This document shows positions 38,852-49,666 of a DNA stretch of 64,000 bases, piece after piece (within the stretch, counting starts at the first letter, position 1; each line of letters opens with the position of its first letter). Position numbers and translations under genes: made by a program. The DNA comes from a bacterium. Its GTDB lineage: Bacteria; UBP6; UBA1177. The stretch spans positions 78,800 to 142,799 of the forward strand of contig JAFYIZ010000047.1 in assembly GCA_017538365.1 (NCBI GenBank), written 5' to 3'. The notes beneath the pieces are model-generated. The model was not told where the DNA came from and searched no databases. It saw only the letters and a program-made list of their open reading frames with translations.

Positions 38852-39208
38852 ATGGAAAAAAAACAAAGAGTTTTCGGCAGAGCGCCGATCTCACTCAACA
38901 TTTCTCTTTCTGAAGATTCTGACGACATCCGTATAAAATTCGATACTGCGAACTTAAGCGAAGGGGGTATTTTCGTCAAATCGTCGCTGCTTTGGGAGCC
39001 GGGGCAGGTTTTCAAACTTTCGTTTACGCTTCCCGGAACGGAAAAAGAGATAAACGTGAAAGGCGTTGTTGCCAGAAGTGACGATAAATACTCGATTTTT
39101 ACCGAAAATGATTCCTCGATTCCCGGAATGGGGATAAAATTTATCGATCTGAGCGACGAAGACAGAAAGATCATAAAGGATTTCATTTCTCAGCTCGATT
39201 CAAAGTAA
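38852..39208 (+). CDS. PilZ-domain protein
   Basis: Small protein with a degenerate-looking N-terminal RxxxR region (RVFGRAP) and a degenerate D/NxSxxG region (ANLSEGGIFV). Confidence 0.5.
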   Translation: MEKKQRVFGRAPISLNISLSEDSDDIRIKFDTANLSEGGIFVKSSLLWEPGQVFKLSFTLPGTEKEINVKGVVARSDDKYSIFTENDSSIPGMGIKFIDLSDEDRKIIKDFISQLDSK

Positions 39209-39225
39209 CCGTTTTTGTCAATCAG

Positions 39226-39738
39226 GTGAAAATGCAGGACAACGAAAATAACAATAAAAAAGAGTATGTCTCAGGAAGACGCAGACGCTTTCTGTGGGGT
39301 ACGCTCGCCCTTGTCCTGTTTGGTGCGATTCTTTATTCTGCAAGCATTGTCGGTGATTATGTCGAAAAAAACGACATCGAAAATTTTGACGAGGCAAAAG
39401 ACTATTTTGTCACGGTATTGAAGAAAGATATCGCGATTTTTCCTGAAAGCGAGACTCCCGAAGATGAAAAAAACGATGCCGAAAAAGAAGAAAAATCTGC
39501 AAATCTCCTCAAAGCTCCGCTTCTTCTCAACTGTTCTGTGGAAAACGGCAAAGCTATTGTCAAAGAGCCTTTCGAAGTTGCCAGAAACAAGGTGACTGAT
39601 GCCGTCTTTGAGCTGGATAATCACGGCAATACGCTGTATTCATTAAATTTTTCCTCAAAGGAAAATTCGGTTTTCTGCCGCGGAACAATGAAAGAAGGCG
39701 AGAAAAAAATATTTGTTTACTACTGCGAAAAGATATGA
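39226..39738 (+). CDS. Hypothetical membrane-anchored protein
   Basis: One TM (FLWGTLALVLFGAILYSASIV). No recognisable motif. Confidence 0.35.
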   Translation: MKMQDNENNNKKEYVSGRRRRFLWGTLALVLFGAILYSASIVGDYVEKNDIENFDEAKDYFVTVLKKDIAIFPESETPEDEKNDAEKEEKSANLLKAPLLLNCSVENGKAIVKEPFEVARNKVTDAVFELDNHGNTLYSLNFSSKENSVFCRGTMKEGEKKIFVYYCEKI

Positions 39739-40634
39739 CCGGAAACTGTGAGTCAACTGAAAAAAAGATAAAGCGCGTCACGGCAGTCGGACTTGTTGCC
39801 AACTTAATTCTAACGGTCTTTAAGATAATCGCCGGATACTTCGGAAACAGCCAGACAGTCATCGCCGACGGTATCCACAGCCTCAGCGATTCGGTGACCG
39901 ACATTGCCGTTATCGTAGGTTCGTCGTTCTGGAGTGCGCCGCCTGACGAGGAGCATCCTCACGGTCACAGGAGAATCGAGACTTTTATCACAGCTGTTAT
40001 CGGTGTTGCGCTTCTCGGAGTCGCATTCGGGATAGGAAGAAACGCGGTAGTCACTTTCAACGATCCCGACGAGGCTCCGACCTGGATTGCTTTTGCGGCG
40101 GCTCTTATTTCAGTCATCGTGAAAGAGGCTTTGTATCAGTACACTTACCGTTTCGGAAAAAAGCTCAAATCGTCGGCTGTTATGGCTAACGCATGGCACC
40201 ACAGAAGCGATGCGATAAGTTCTGCTCCGGCGGCGGTTGCGGTAATAATCTCAATGAAATTACCGGATTATCCATATATTGACAACATCGGTGCTCTCTT
40301 GGTTTCGCTTTTCATTGTCTGGACTGCGTTCAAAATTTCGTGGGATGCGATTCTTGAACTCACGGACATCGGTGCCGACAAGGCGATCTGCGAATCGATA
40401 GAATGCGCCGCAAAAGGGGTCATTGGAGTAAAAAGCATACACAAGTGCAGAACAAGAAAATACGGAAGCGGGATCCAGGTCGATCTTCACATTCAGGTTG
40501 ATCCCGAAATAACTGTCCGCGAAGGGCACGCGATAGGGCACAAAGTCGAGGACGAGCTTTTCAAAAACCACGATGTCCTTGATGTCATTGTCCATGTCGA
40601 GCCTTTCGGAGAGGACGGGGCCGAAAACGATTAG
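39735..40634 (+). CDS. Cation diffusion facilitator family transporter
   Basis: Six TM helices, 'HSLSDSVTD' and 'HHRSDAISS' metal-site motifs, and a C-terminal cytoplasmic domain. Confidence 0.8.
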   Translation: MTGNCESTEKKIKRVTAVGLVANLILTVFKIIAGYFGNSQTVIADGIHSLSDSVTDIAVIVGSSFWSAPPDEEHPHGHRRIETFITAVIGVALLGVAFGIGRNAVVTFNDPDEAPTWIAFAAALISVIVKEALYQYTYRFGKKLKSSAVMANAWHHRSDAISSAPAAVAVIISMKLPDYPYIDNIGALLVSLFIVWTAFKISWDAILELTDIGADKAICESIECAAKGVIGVKSIHKCRTRKYGSGIQVDLHIQVDPEITVREGHAIGHKVEDELFKNHDVLDVIVHVEPFGEDGAEND

Positions 40635-40642
40635 GAGGAAAT

Positions 40643-41191
40643 ATGTTTGAAGGAACAACCATTATCTGTGTCAGAGACAAGTCATCGGTTATAATTGCCG
40701 GAGACGGTCAGGTTACTTTCGGAAATACAGTGCTTAAAGGCAACGCCCACAAAGTGAGAAGACTTGCCGAAGGTCGCATTATAGCGGGATTCGCCGGATC
40801 AACGGCAGACGCAGTCACTCTTTTCGAGATTTTTGAAGAAAAACTGAAAAAATATAACTACCAGCTCAAAAAATCGGCAGTAGAGCTCAGCAAGGCATGG
40901 CGCAAAGACCGCGTTTTGGGAAAACTCGAGGCGCTTCTTCTTGTTGCCGATGCCGATGACACGCTTCTTATTTCAGGCAGCGGTGATGTTCTCGAGCCTG
41001 AGAAAAACATCATTGCGATAGGTTCCGGCGGAAACTATGCATACGCTGCGGCAGTCGCGCTTAGCGAAAACACCAAACTTTCTTCTCACGAGATCGCGCT
41101 CAGATCGCTTAAAATTGCGGCAGACATCTGCATTTACACCAATTCCAACTTCTCTTTTGAAGAGATAAAGACAGAGGGAGTTAAGAAATGA
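40643..41191 (+). CDS. hslV: ATP-dependent protease subunit HslV
   Basis: '[37 protein letters not shown]' with N-terminal Thr. Confidence 0.9.
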   Translation: MFEGTTIICVRDKSSVIIAGDGQVTFGNTVLKGNAHKVRRLAEGRIIAGFAGSTADAVTLFEIFEEKLKKYNYQLKKSAVELSKAWRKDRVLGKLEALLLVADADDTLLISGSGDVLEPEKNIIAIGSGGNYAYAAAVALSENTKLSSHEIALRSLKIAADICIYTNSNFSFEEIKTEGVKK

Positions 41192-42579
41192 GCAAATATT
41201 CAGTTGATGAACTTACTCCGAAACGGGTCGTTGAAGAGCTCAACCGCTTCATAATCGGGCAGGACGATGCGAAAAAGGCGGTCGCAGTCGCACTCAGAAA
41301 CCGCTGGAGACGCTCGAAAATAGAGGACGAATTCTTAAAAAAGGAGATAACTCCGAGAAATATCCTTATGTCGGGACCGACCGGTGTCGGCAAGACCGAG
41401 ATTGCAAGAAGACTTGCCGAGATCTCGAATGCGCCGTTTTTAAAGGTCGAAGCGACCAAATTCACTGAAGTCGGATACGTCGGCAGAGATGTCGAATCGA
41501 TGATAAAAGACTTAGTCAAACACGCAGTAAACGAGAAAAAAAGGATAGAAACTGAGATAGTCTACAAAAAGGCGGAGAGCGTCGCGGTCGATAAAATTCT
41601 CGATATGCTCAATGTTCCCAACCCAGAAAAACTTTCGAAAGACGAAGAAGGATACGAGGAAAAATACAAAAGGCAGTCCGATTACCGCAAAAAAATGGCG
41701 GACAAACTCGAAAACGGCAAACTTGACGACAAAAAGGTGAGCGTTCCGATAAAACCGACTGCTCCGATACCTGTTTTTGAAATCGTCAGCGGTTCAGGCG
41801 GCATCGAAGAGATCGATTCGATGATAAAAGACATGATGAGCAATATTTTCCCGCCGAACGGTCCGCAGCAGAAAGGAAAGAAAGAGAAGACGATGCCTGT
41901 TTCGGAGGCTTTTGAATACATCCTCCAGACCGAGGCCGAAAAGATGCTCGACCACGAAAAGATCGTCAGAGAAGCGCTTGAATGGGTCGAAAACGACGGG
42001 ATCATCTTTATCGACGAGATCGACAAGATCATCGCAAGCGGCTCATCCCACGGCCCTGATGTTTCCCGCGAAGGCGTTCAGCGCGACATTCTGCCGATAG
42101 TCGAAGGCTGCATTGTCAATACAAAATACGGACCTGTACGTACGGATCACATACTTTTCATTGCTGCCGGTGCTTTCCACATGAATTCTCCCGAAGATCT
42201 GATCCCGGAACTTCAGGGGCGTTTTCCGATCAAGGCGCAGCTCAGATCTCTTACGAAAAAGGATTTTGTCAGAATCCTTTCGGAAACCGAAAACTCGCTG
42301 CCGGTGCAGTATGCAGAGCTTATGAAGTCTGAAAAAGTGACGCTCAACTTTACTCCGTCCGGAATAGAAGAAATTGCAGGAATAGCTTTTGAAGAAAACA
42401 GCACGACTCAGGATATCGGTGCGAGAAGGCTGCAGTCTGTCATGGAGATCCTGCTTGAAGACATTTCCTTCAACGCTTCGGAAAAGGGCGGCTCGAAGAT
42501 AAAAATCGACAAGGCTTACGTTACCAAGTGGTACAAGTCAGCGAAAGAAAACGAAAAACTGGCCAACTACATAATTTAG
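41188..42579 (+). CDS. hslU: ATP-dependent protease ATPase subunit HslU
   Basis: '[34 protein letters not shown]', Walker A '[15 protein letters not shown]', '[10 protein letters not shown]'. 4-nt overlap with hslV. Confidence 0.9.
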   Translation: MSKYSVDELTPKRVVEELNRFIIGQDDAKKAVAVALRNRWRRSKIEDEFLKKEITPRNILMSGPTGVGKTEIARRLAEISNAPFLKVEATKFTEVGYVGRDVESMIKDLVKHAVNEKKRIETEIVYKKAESVAVDKILDMLNVPNPEKLSKDEEGYEEKYKRQSDYRKKMADKLENGKLDDKKVSVPIKPTAPIPVFEIVSGSGGIEEIDSMIKDMMSNIFPPNGPQQKGKKEKTMPVSEAFEYILQTEAEKMLDHEKIVREALEWVENDGIIFIDEIDKIIASGSSHGPDVSREGVQRDILPIVEGCIVNTKYGPVRTDHILFIAAGAFHMNSPEDLIPELQGRFPIKAQLRSLTKKDFVRILSETENSLPVQYAELMKSEKVTLNFTPSGIEEIAGIAFEENSTTQDIGARRLQSVMEILLEDISFNASEKGGSKIKIDKAYVTKWYKSAKENEKLANYII

Positions 42580-42585
42580 AGGAAA

Positions 42586-42843
42586 ATGCAGTATCAATAC
42601 GTTACAAGCGGAACTTGTTCCGAACTTATTCTTTTCGATATCGACGAAAACACCGTCGTCACGAACATCAAATTCATCGGTGGCTGCAACGGAAACCTCA
42701 AAGCCGTTTCCAAACTCGTTGACGGCTGGACAGCCGAGCAGATTGCGGCGAAACTTCTCGGCAACGAATGCGGTTTCAAAGGAACTTCCTGCGCCGACCA
42801 GCTTGCAAAAGCAGTGCTCGAAGCTGCCGGAAAAGTGAAATAA
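42586..42843 (+). CDS. TSCPD-domain (TIGR03905-type, 4-Cys) small protein
   Basis: 'IKFIGGCNGNLKAVSKLVDGWTAEQIAAKLLGNECGFKGTSCADQLAKAV' carries a TSC(A/P)D motif. Confidence 0.5.
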   Translation: MQYQYVTSGTCSELILFDIDENTVVTNIKFIGGCNGNLKAVSKLVDGWTAEQIAAKLLGNECGFKGTSCADQLAKAVLEAAGKVK

Positions 42844-43020
42844 TATCTGTGTTTGTTGCGGCTCCTGTAAATAAAAATATCGTAAAAATTCCTTAATAAA
42901 ATCAGCAATTTGTCTTTTGTTTAGATTTTTGAGTCAGAAAAATCGCTATTTTATGCAACTAAATATATATTTACGGGTGTTTTCCGTAGGTTATTTTATT
43001 GTTTTTTTATGGAGAAGGTC

Positions 43021-44061
43021 ATGAAAAAATCACTTGTTTTGGTTGCAATGCTTGCGTTTGCAACAACTCTTTTCGCAGAAACTATTACTTGCGAGTCAAA
43101 AAAAGGTGGAACATGCACCTATGAACTTTCAGGAGAAACATTGTCAAAAACATGCACCTGCAAAGACGGAACTACAGTGGAAGGAACTGAAACCGCTACT
43201 GCTCTTCCGACTGAAGAAGAGTGTAAGCAAGAAGCCAGAACTGTCTGTCAGTCGCAACAGGATCCTGGTCAGCCTGGGCAACCTGGGCAGCCTGGTTCGG
43301 GGTTGACGTGTAAAAACGATGCCGGTCGATGCAGTGTCGAAGAAGAAAGCGGCAACTACAACTGCAGATGCTCCGGTACTCAGGAACAAAAGACAGGAAC
43401 GACCGCAAATATCAGCGAAGAAGGCTGCACGGCTGTTCTGGAAGAAGAATGCGGAACCGAAGCTCCGTTATTGAGCTCGATCTGCACCGAAAAAGAAGTT
43501 TTTGACACATGCGCTTCTTACACCAAAGCTATTGCAAACAAATGCTCCGACAACCCGGTTACTGATGAGGAAATCGAGGCTATGTTTAATGCACCGGCAT
43601 CTGGTTCAACGGCAAAAGAGATTTCGCGCTGCTGCCAGATGGAGCAGATGAGAGAAGAACAGAAAACATCTTTCGAATGCATCGAAGCTGCTGGAACATG
43701 TGAAAACAAAGAGTGCTGCGAATCATGCGTCAAAAATAATACGCCTGGTGGTCCTGGCAATCCGCCGGATGGCGATCCTACCAATCCACCTGAACCTCCA
43801 ACAGAACCCACAGATCCCACAACTGATCCCACAGATCCCACAAATCCTGACGAAGGTGATACCGAAGCCGTTGATACCGGTTCCGATGAAGATACAGACA
43901 CTGCAAACACCGACGCTCCGGCTGATGATGCAACCCCGACTGACAGCGAGACTCCGGCTGACAAAACCGACGGTGACGATTCCGAAGCACCCGCAACCGA
44001 TTCAGAAGCTGAAAACCAGAAAGAAAGCAAATCCGACGGTTGCTCGATGCTGTTCATCTAA
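43021..44061 (+). CDS. Secreted Cys-rich protein with a (QPG)n tract and a Pro/Thr/Asp-rich acidic C-terminal tail
   Basis: Signal peptide MKKSLVLVAMLAFATTLFA, many paired Cys, 'QDPGQPGQPGQPGS', 'TNPPEPPTEPTDPTTDPTDPTNPDEGDTE...' and ends GCSMLFI. Confidence 0.45.
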   Translation: MKKSLVLVAMLAFATTLFAETITCESKKGGTCTYELSGETLSKTCTCKDGTTVEGTETATALPTEEECKQEARTVCQSQQDPGQPGQPGQPGSGLTCKNDAGRCSVEEESGNYNCRCSGTQEQKTGTTANISEEGCTAVLEEECGTEAPLLSSICTEKEVFDTCASYTKAIANKCSDNPVTDEEIEAMFNAPASGSTAKEISRCCQMEQMREEQKTSFECIEAAGTCENKECCESCVKNNTPGGPGNPPDGDPTNPPEPPTEPTDPTTDPTDPTNPDEGDTEAVDTGSDEDTDTANTDAPADDATPTDSETPADKTDGDDSEAPATDSEAENQKESKSDGCSMLFI

Positions 44062-44730
44062 TCACCCGAAGTAGGGGGTTCTCCTCGCCAGAGTGAGCCC
44101 GTTCACGCTCGCGGCGTCGTTTTTCTTCAAAAGTTTAGCTATTTCTTCTATCGTTGAAGCGGTCGTACAGACATCATCCACAATCAGAAATTTTTCTCCT
44201 TTAACACTTCGAGTTAGGGCAAAGGCATCTTTCAGGTTTTTCGTTCTCTCTTCGTAGTCAAGCCCTGCCTGATGCGCGGTTTTTCTCACTTTTTTCAATA
44301 ACTTGGGGTCAAAATTCAGACCGTGTCTTCGAGCGAGCCTGTCTGCAAAAATCTCCGCCTGATTGAAAGTGCGTATGAATTTATCCCAGAATCTCATCGG
44401 CGGAAAGATGACGGTTCTTCCTTCGACAAGTTCAACCGGCGCGTTTTCGGCAAGGTAGCGCCCTAAAATCTCGGCAATGCTTTTCACTTTTCCGTATTTC
44501 ATTTCGGAAATGAGTTTGGAAATGCTTCCGCTGTAGATGAAAAGCGAAAAGATCCTGTCAAAATGGAGCTTTTTCCCTTTGCACGAAAAGCACACTGGCT
44601 CATTCGGAGTCAGCGTGAAATTCCCGCATTTCGGGCATCTTCTTTCGCAGGAAAGTGCAAATTTTGCACATTCCTTGCATAAAAAATTCTGATTTTCAGC
44701 TAAGCTGCCGCAGATAAGACAGGAGTTCAT
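44062..44730 (-). CDS. comF: ComF-family protein (phosphoribosyltransferase domain with an N-terminal Zn finger)
   Basis: 'CLICGS...CKECAKF...CPKCGN' double-CxxC and a PRTase 'FLIVDDVCTTASTI' motif. ATG at 44730. Confidence 0.6.
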   Translation of the reverse strand: MNSCLICGSLAENQNFLCKECAKFALSCERRCPKCGNFTLTPNEPVCFSCKGKKLHFDRIFSLFIYSGSISKLISEMKYGKVKSIAEILGRYLAENAPVELVEGRTVIFPPMRFWDKFIRTFNQAEIFADRLARRHGLNFDPKLLKKVRKTAHQAGLDYEERTKNLKDAFALTRSVKGEKFLIVDDVCTTASTIEEIAKLLKKNDAASVNGLTLARRTPYFG

Positions 44731-44809
44731 GAAAATGTTTTTACTAAAAATTAACAAAATGACGGTAAAAATATATTTTTTATTTGAAAATTTGCAAGCT
44801 CGTATTTTT

Positions 44810-44837
44810 TTGACTTGCATATCAAGCACTTTATAAT
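44810..44837 (+). promoter_or_regulatory. Sigma70-like promoter for the family-39 glycosyltransferase (GT39) gene
   Basis: TTGACT (44810-44815), 16 nt, TATAAT (44832-44837). AAGGAG RBS before the ATG at 44869. Confidence 0.4.
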
Positions 44838-44868
44838 TTGCGGCTTTGTTGTTTTTAAGGAGTTTTTT

Positions 44869-47097
44869 ATGGATAAAAAAGATGGATTTCATGCGGTGAT
44901 TTTGAATCATCCGCGCATTTTTCTGGCTGTGCTTTCTGCACTTTTCTTTCTGCCGCTTCTCGGTAGTTATCCGGTTTTAGGTCAGTGGGAGCCTCATTAC
45001 GGCAGAGTCGCGATGGAGATGATGGCAAACGGTTCGTGGGACTGGTTCCTTGATCCGATCTATCTTGGAAAGCACAATTTCTGGTCAAAACCGATTTTCT
45101 GCTTCTGGATGGTTTTTCCATTCATGAAGATTTTCGGTCCGACCGAGCTTGCTCTCAGGCTGCCTTTTGCGATAAACGGCATATTTTTTATTCTTCTTAT
45201 CCATTTTATCGCTGAAAAGATTCTCAAAGATCCGCTGAAAGCGCTTATAGCCGCATTTGTCGCGATTTTCACTCCTTACACCTACATGATTTCAAGACAA
45301 TTCATGTGGGATATAACTTTTGTCACATTTTTGACTGGTTCAATCGGTTTTCTCTACATCGGGCAGCGCGACAAAGACAAAAAACTGATCCGTCTCTCGT
45401 ATCTTTTCATGGGTCTCGGAATGCTCACCAAAGGGCTTCTTGCAATATGTTTCCCGATTGCGGCGATGCTTCTCTGGATGATTGCAACTCTTGATTATTC
45501 CAAAGGATTCAAGGCTGTTGCAAAAGACGCTTTTGATTTTGTGATGTCGCTCAGGCCTTTTGAAGGACTTGCAATTTTCCTTATAGTTTCTCTTCCGTGG
45601 TATCTCTACATGGGTGTAAAGCACGGATCGCCTTTCTATAAAGAATTTTTCATGGAGCACCATTTCGGTCGCCTTGAAGGAACGATAGACAAGCCCGACG
45701 GCCCCTTTGAATTTTATATCTGGCAGCTTTCTTTGGGCGCGTTCCCGTGGGTTGCTTTCTTAATTCCTGCGCTTTTTTCAGCGGCAGGAAAAGTCAGGAA
45801 AAACAAAGACCTGGCTTTTGTAGTCCTTACGTTTTTCTTCCTTTTTCTTTTCTTCACCCTTGCTGCGACAAAGTTTCCGCACTACGTTTTTCCGGTCGTT
45901 CCCTTCATGGTGATGATCCTTGCTGAAGGTTTTGTCGATCTTTTGAGAAGCGAAAAACTTTCAAAAGTCTATACCGTTATCGGCGTCGTTTCGGCGCTTT
46001 TCCTAATTCTGATAGGGAAGGACATCGGAACAGGTTTCAACTATGCCGACATGATTTATCTCATCACGACTCACCACGTCCAGACTTGGTTCGGTCGCGT
46101 TTTCGACCCTGTTCCAATGCTTACTGTTTTTGTTCCGCTGATGGCGTTTTTCATCATTCTGCCGATAGTAAAACCCGATAAAAAGATTCTTTTCACTGTT
46201 TCTGCAGCCGCTTTTTCGCTTGTCGCCGTTGTCTGGTCGGGATATATAAATTTTGTATGGGTGCCCAATATGCTTGAAGTTTTTACTCCTAAGCACCTTG
46301 TCGAAAAATACTTTGAAATGAAGAAGCCGGGAGACAAAATGGTCGATTTCCACAATTGGAAAAACCGCTCGATGTATTTTTATCTCGGTCTTGACGAACA
46401 GCTTTTACGTTACACTAAAGTTGAACAAATTCAGCAACTTATTGAGAAAAATCCGAATAATACGGTTTTCATAACCACGAAAAAGGACAAAGTTTCGGAA
46501 CTTCGCGCCGCACTTCTCGACAAGCCCGGAATCCCGATAACGAAAGTCGCCGACGATGCAGTCGATACCTACATGGAAATCGAAATGTTCACTGCTTCGA
46601 TGCAGGATAAAAACGCCGACCTCACCGACAAGTGGAAGAAAAATCTCCTCGAAGAGTCGCAGATTCCGTCGAATATTAAAAAAATAAACGGAACTTTGGG
46701 CGGTAAAACCATCGAAATAATCGGTTACGACATCAACAAACAGCGTTTCGATCCGGGAGAAGAGATAGAACTCACGCTTTATTACAGAGTTTTGAAAGAG
46801 ATGGATAAAAACTGGAAAGTTTTCTTCCACTTCGATGTTTACAGCGGGGCGCTTCCGCATTCGTTCAAACTTGACGACTATCCGCAGCAGGGTTATCTGC
46901 CGACTACGAAATGGACTCCGGGAATGATTCTCAAAGACACTTTCAAAGTGAATGTGCCTAAAGCGCATCCGGGCGGCGGAGTCAAGATATATACCGGATT
47001 TTACGAAGAAAATACGCGGATGGAAGTTGATAAGGAATCTTTCAACGACGGTCAGAAACGCTTTATTTTGGGAACTTTCAACGTAAATATAAAGTAA
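44869..47097 (+). CDS. Glycosyltransferase family 39 (ArnT/PMT-like) with a C-terminal extension of about 400 aa
   Basis: N-terminal polytopic domain with the PMT_2 pattern: RLPFAINGIFFILLIHFIA, a periplasmic-loop DE-like motif and about 11 TM helices. Confidence 0.6.
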   Translation: MDKKDGFHAVILNHPRIFLAVLSALFFLPLLGSYPVLGQWEPHYGRVAMEMMANGSWDWFLDPIYLGKHNFWSKPIFCFWMVFPFMKIFGPTELALRLPFAINGIFFILLIHFIAEKILKDPLKALIAAFVAIFTPYTYMISRQFMWDITFVTFLTGSIGFLYIGQRDKDKKLIRLSYLFMGLGMLTKGLLAICFPIAAMLLWMIATLDYSKGFKAVAKDAFDFVMSLRPFEGLAIFLIVSLPWYLYMGVKHGSPFYKEFFMEHHFGRLEGTIDKPDGPFEFYIWQLSLGAFPWVAFLIPALFSAAGKVRKNKDLAFVVLTFFFLFLFFTLAATKFPHYVFPVVPFMVMILAEGFVDLLRSEKLSKVYTVIGVVSALFLILIGKDIGTGFNYADMIYLITTHHVQTWFGRVFDPVPMLTVFVPLMAFFIILPIVKPDKKILFTVSAAAFSLVAVVWSGYINFVWVPNMLEVFTPKHLVEKYFEMKKPGDKMVDFHNWKNRSMYFYLGLDEQLLRYTKVEQIQQLIEKNPNNTVFITTKKDKVSELRAALLDKPGIPITKVADDAVDTYMEIEMFTASMQDKNADLTDKWKKNLLEESQIPSNIKKINGTLGGKTIEIIGYDINKQRFDPGEEIELTLYYRVLKEMDKNWKVFFHFDVYSGALPHSFKLDDYPQQGYLPTTKWTPGMILKDTFKVNVPKAHPGGGVKIYTGFYEENTRMEVDKESFNDGQKRFILGTFNVNIK

Positions 47098-47585
47098 TGG
47101 AAGAGAAAAAGAGCAACAAAATTTTTCACATTATCATTTTTGCGCTGGTTATAGCCGTCCTTCTGTTCAATGTTTTTTCATATTTCGGCGCGTCGATATT
47201 CCTTCCTGGGCGCGAACTCCGCGAAATTTCGGGCGTTGATCCGCAGACGGGACGCAGAACTTCACTGGATATTTCGCAGGGAACAGTCATTCTCAACATC
47301 TGGGCTACCTGGTGCGGAGTGTGCGTTGCCGAAATGCCGGAAATCAACAAAATTGCGGCAAGACATCAGGTGTACGGCGCGATAAAACCGGCTTTCAAAT
47401 ACGAAGTCTACCGCGACGCTAAACCATATTTCAAAAGTGTCATCGCGAAAGATGAATTTTTCGAAGATCTCTACATTTCAGTTCTTCCTACGACTCTTCT
47501 CATTCAGGACGGCGTGATAAAAAAAGTCCATACAGGCACGATGACAAGCGATTTCGCTGAAGAGTGGGTCGGCAGCCTTAAATAA
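47097..47585 (+). CDS. Thioredoxin-like TlpA/ResA-family protein
   Basis: TM anchor and the 'WATWCGVCVAEMPEI' CxxC active site. Confidence 0.65.
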   Translation: MEEKKSNKIFHIIIFALVIAVLLFNVFSYFGASIFLPGRELREISGVDPQTGRRTSLDISQGTVILNIWATWCGVCVAEMPEINKIAARHQVYGAIKPAFKYEVYRDAKPYFKSVIAKDEFFEDLYISVLPTTLLIQDGVIKKVHTGTMTSDFAEEWVGSLK

Positions 47586-47645
47586 ATTTCATTCCTTAAA
47601 ATTTAAGATTCAGTATAATCCTGCAGTTTTGTTTTGAGGTGATTC

Positions 47646-49592
47646 TTGAGATTTCTGCCGCTTTTCATAGGTTTTTCAACGATTTTCTGGGGTTTCTGCG
47701 CCGGTTGGGAAGTCTTTTCGATAGTTGCCGCCGTTATTTTCGAGGCGCACAATCTTATAAAAACGCGGTTTGATCTGCAGAAAAAAGATTTCGTCAGAAT
47801 TTCAGATCTCAGCTCTCTCGTGATGTTCATCCTCCTTTTTTATTCTTACGTCGAGAACGAACCGAGGATGATTTTTTTAGGTTTCATCACGACTCTGCCG
47901 ATAATTTTCATGCCGCTTCTTTTCGCGCAGCTTTTCAGCACTTCCGACAAAGTGGTGATCGGCACGAAATTCGGGAAAAGAATTCATGCCCATGCGCCGG
48001 TCGATATAAGGACTCTCTACATTCTGTCGATACTTTTTGCGACTGCTGCGGCAAATATAAAAAGCGTTTGGTTTATTGCTCTCTTTATGCTGATAATATT
48101 TGTCGTTCTTTCGGGAACCGTGAAGGATCAGAAATCTTTCAAGCGTTATCTGAAATTCTGCTTTGCTACTGTTTTTATTACGGTTTTTATCGGCAGCATG
48201 GTTGTCGGAGGGCATTTTCTGATAAGCCGTAAGATGATGCAGTGGTATAACGACTGGTACGAGTCGCTGAGCGCCGATCCTTTCAAAACTTCGACTTCGA
48301 TGGGCTCGATCGGAAGAATGAAACTTTCGGGAGAAATCGTTTTCAGGGTTTATCCCGAGAAGAAAGTGCCGCTTCCGCTTTATATGAAGGAGGCCGATTA
48401 CAATGTTGTTGTCGGAAACACTTGGTATGCGCGTCCGAGAAAAACGGATTCGGTTTTCCCGGACAAGGATATGGAGTGGCAGTTTTTCGGAGTCGGAGAG
48501 GGAAGCGAAAAGATGAAACTTTCGCTTTGGATGGGTAAAAAAAAGGGCGAAGGCGTTCTTCCTCTTCCAGAAGGAGCTAAACGGGCTACGGAACTTGATG
48601 TCGCAGGCATTGAAATAAATCTCATGGGTTCCGTTTATGTCGAAGAAGGACCGGAACTCCTTGATTTTACGATAACTTATGACTCTGAAAACCGCTTCGA
48701 GCCGATGCCGGGAAAATCGGATCTTTTTGTTCCGAAGCAGGAAAAGGCCGTAATTGATGAAGTTATGCAGCGTAACGGGCTGACGGGGGCAACTCAGGAA
48801 GAGACACTTGCCAATATCGAGCGTTTTTTTGCCGGATTTACATATACGCTTGATCTGAAAAACAATGCGGAAGAATCAGTTTTATCGGACTTTTTGAACA
48901 ATACAAAGGCTGGACACTGCGAATATTTTGCAACAGCAACAGTCTTAATGCTTCGGAATGCAGGAATTGCGGCGAGATACCGAACGGGATATATGCTTGA
49001 CGAATACGACACCTTTGAAAATGCGCTGTTGGCGAGAAAGCGCGATGCTCATGCGTGGGTTATCGCCTACATCGGAGACGGCTGGAAAACCATTGATCTG
49101 ACTCCTCCGCAGTGGAAAAGTGCCGATTCCGACGGAAAATCGTTGTTCGAGCCGGTGAGCGATTTTATGTCGTGGGTAAAGATGAAATACGAAAATTACA
49201 GGAGAAAAAAGAGCACCGAATTTAACAGGATTCTGATTGCCGCGGCTTCTATCCTTACGATTTTTCTTATGATCCGGGTTTATCTGCGCAAAAGGCGCGT
49301 GAAAAAGTCGGAGTCTGATGAAGAAAAGCCTTTTTTTAAAGCAACGGGGCTTGATTCGCCGGTTTATAAGATGCTTGATTACTACGCAGAAAACGGTTTG
49401 ACGCGTGAAGATAGCGAGACTCTGCGCCGCTGGATGGAAAAAAACAGAGAAAAATTGGGCGAAAATGTTGATCTTTCCGCGCTTGTTAGACTGCACGAGG
49501 AACTTCGTTTCGATACCGGTAGCGATAAAAAGACTCTCATGGCAGAGCTTGTGAAAGAATACGAAGAGTGGAAAAAATCGAAGAAAAGCTGA
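47646..49592 (+). CDS. Transglutaminase-like membrane protein (DUF3488–TGase core–DUF4129 layout)
   Basis: N-terminal multi-TM domain and 'KAGHCEYFATATVLMLRNAGIAARYRTGY' (the TGase Cys motif), a later 'DAHAWV' His and a C-terminal TM. TTG start. Confidence 0.65.
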   Translation: MRFLPLFIGFSTIFWGFCAGWEVFSIVAAVIFEAHNLIKTRFDLQKKDFVRISDLSSLVMFILLFYSYVENEPRMIFLGFITTLPIIFMPLLFAQLFSTSDKVVIGTKFGKRIHAHAPVDIRTLYILSILFATAAANIKSVWFIALFMLIIFVVLSGTVKDQKSFKRYLKFCFATVFITVFIGSMVVGGHFLISRKMMQWYNDWYESLSADPFKTSTSMGSIGRMKLSGEIVFRVYPEKKVPLPLYMKEADYNVVVGNTWYARPRKTDSVFPDKDMEWQFFGVGEGSEKMKLSLWMGKKKGEGVLPLPEGAKRATELDVAGIEINLMGSVYVEEGPELLDFTITYDSENRFEPMPGKSDLFVPKQEKAVIDEVMQRNGLTGATQEETLANIERFFAGFTYTLDLKNNAEESVLSDFLNNTKAGHCEYFATATVLMLRNAGIAARYRTGYMLDEYDTFENALLARKRDAHAWVIAYIGDGWKTIDLTPPQWKSADSDGKSLFEPVSDFMSWVKMKYENYRRKKSTEFNRILIAAASILTIFLMIRVYLRKRRVKKSESDEEKPFFKATGLDSPVYKMLDYYAENGLTREDSETLRRWMEKNREKLGENVDLSALVRLHEELRFDTGSDKKTLMAELVKEYEEWKKSKKS

Positions 49593-49666
49593 TTTTGTTT
49601 GCAGAATTTGCAATAACAATTAGAATCGCGCGGTTGTTTTTTTAATGATTTTTTCAGGAGGATACA

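Noticed and set aside
44030-44061. C-terminal 'CSMLFI' of the 43021-44061 protein as a CaaX-like or sorting signal
   Set aside because: It is two residues too long for a CaaX box, CaaX processing is eukaryotic, and there is no TM or basic tail for a bacterial C-terminal sorting domain.
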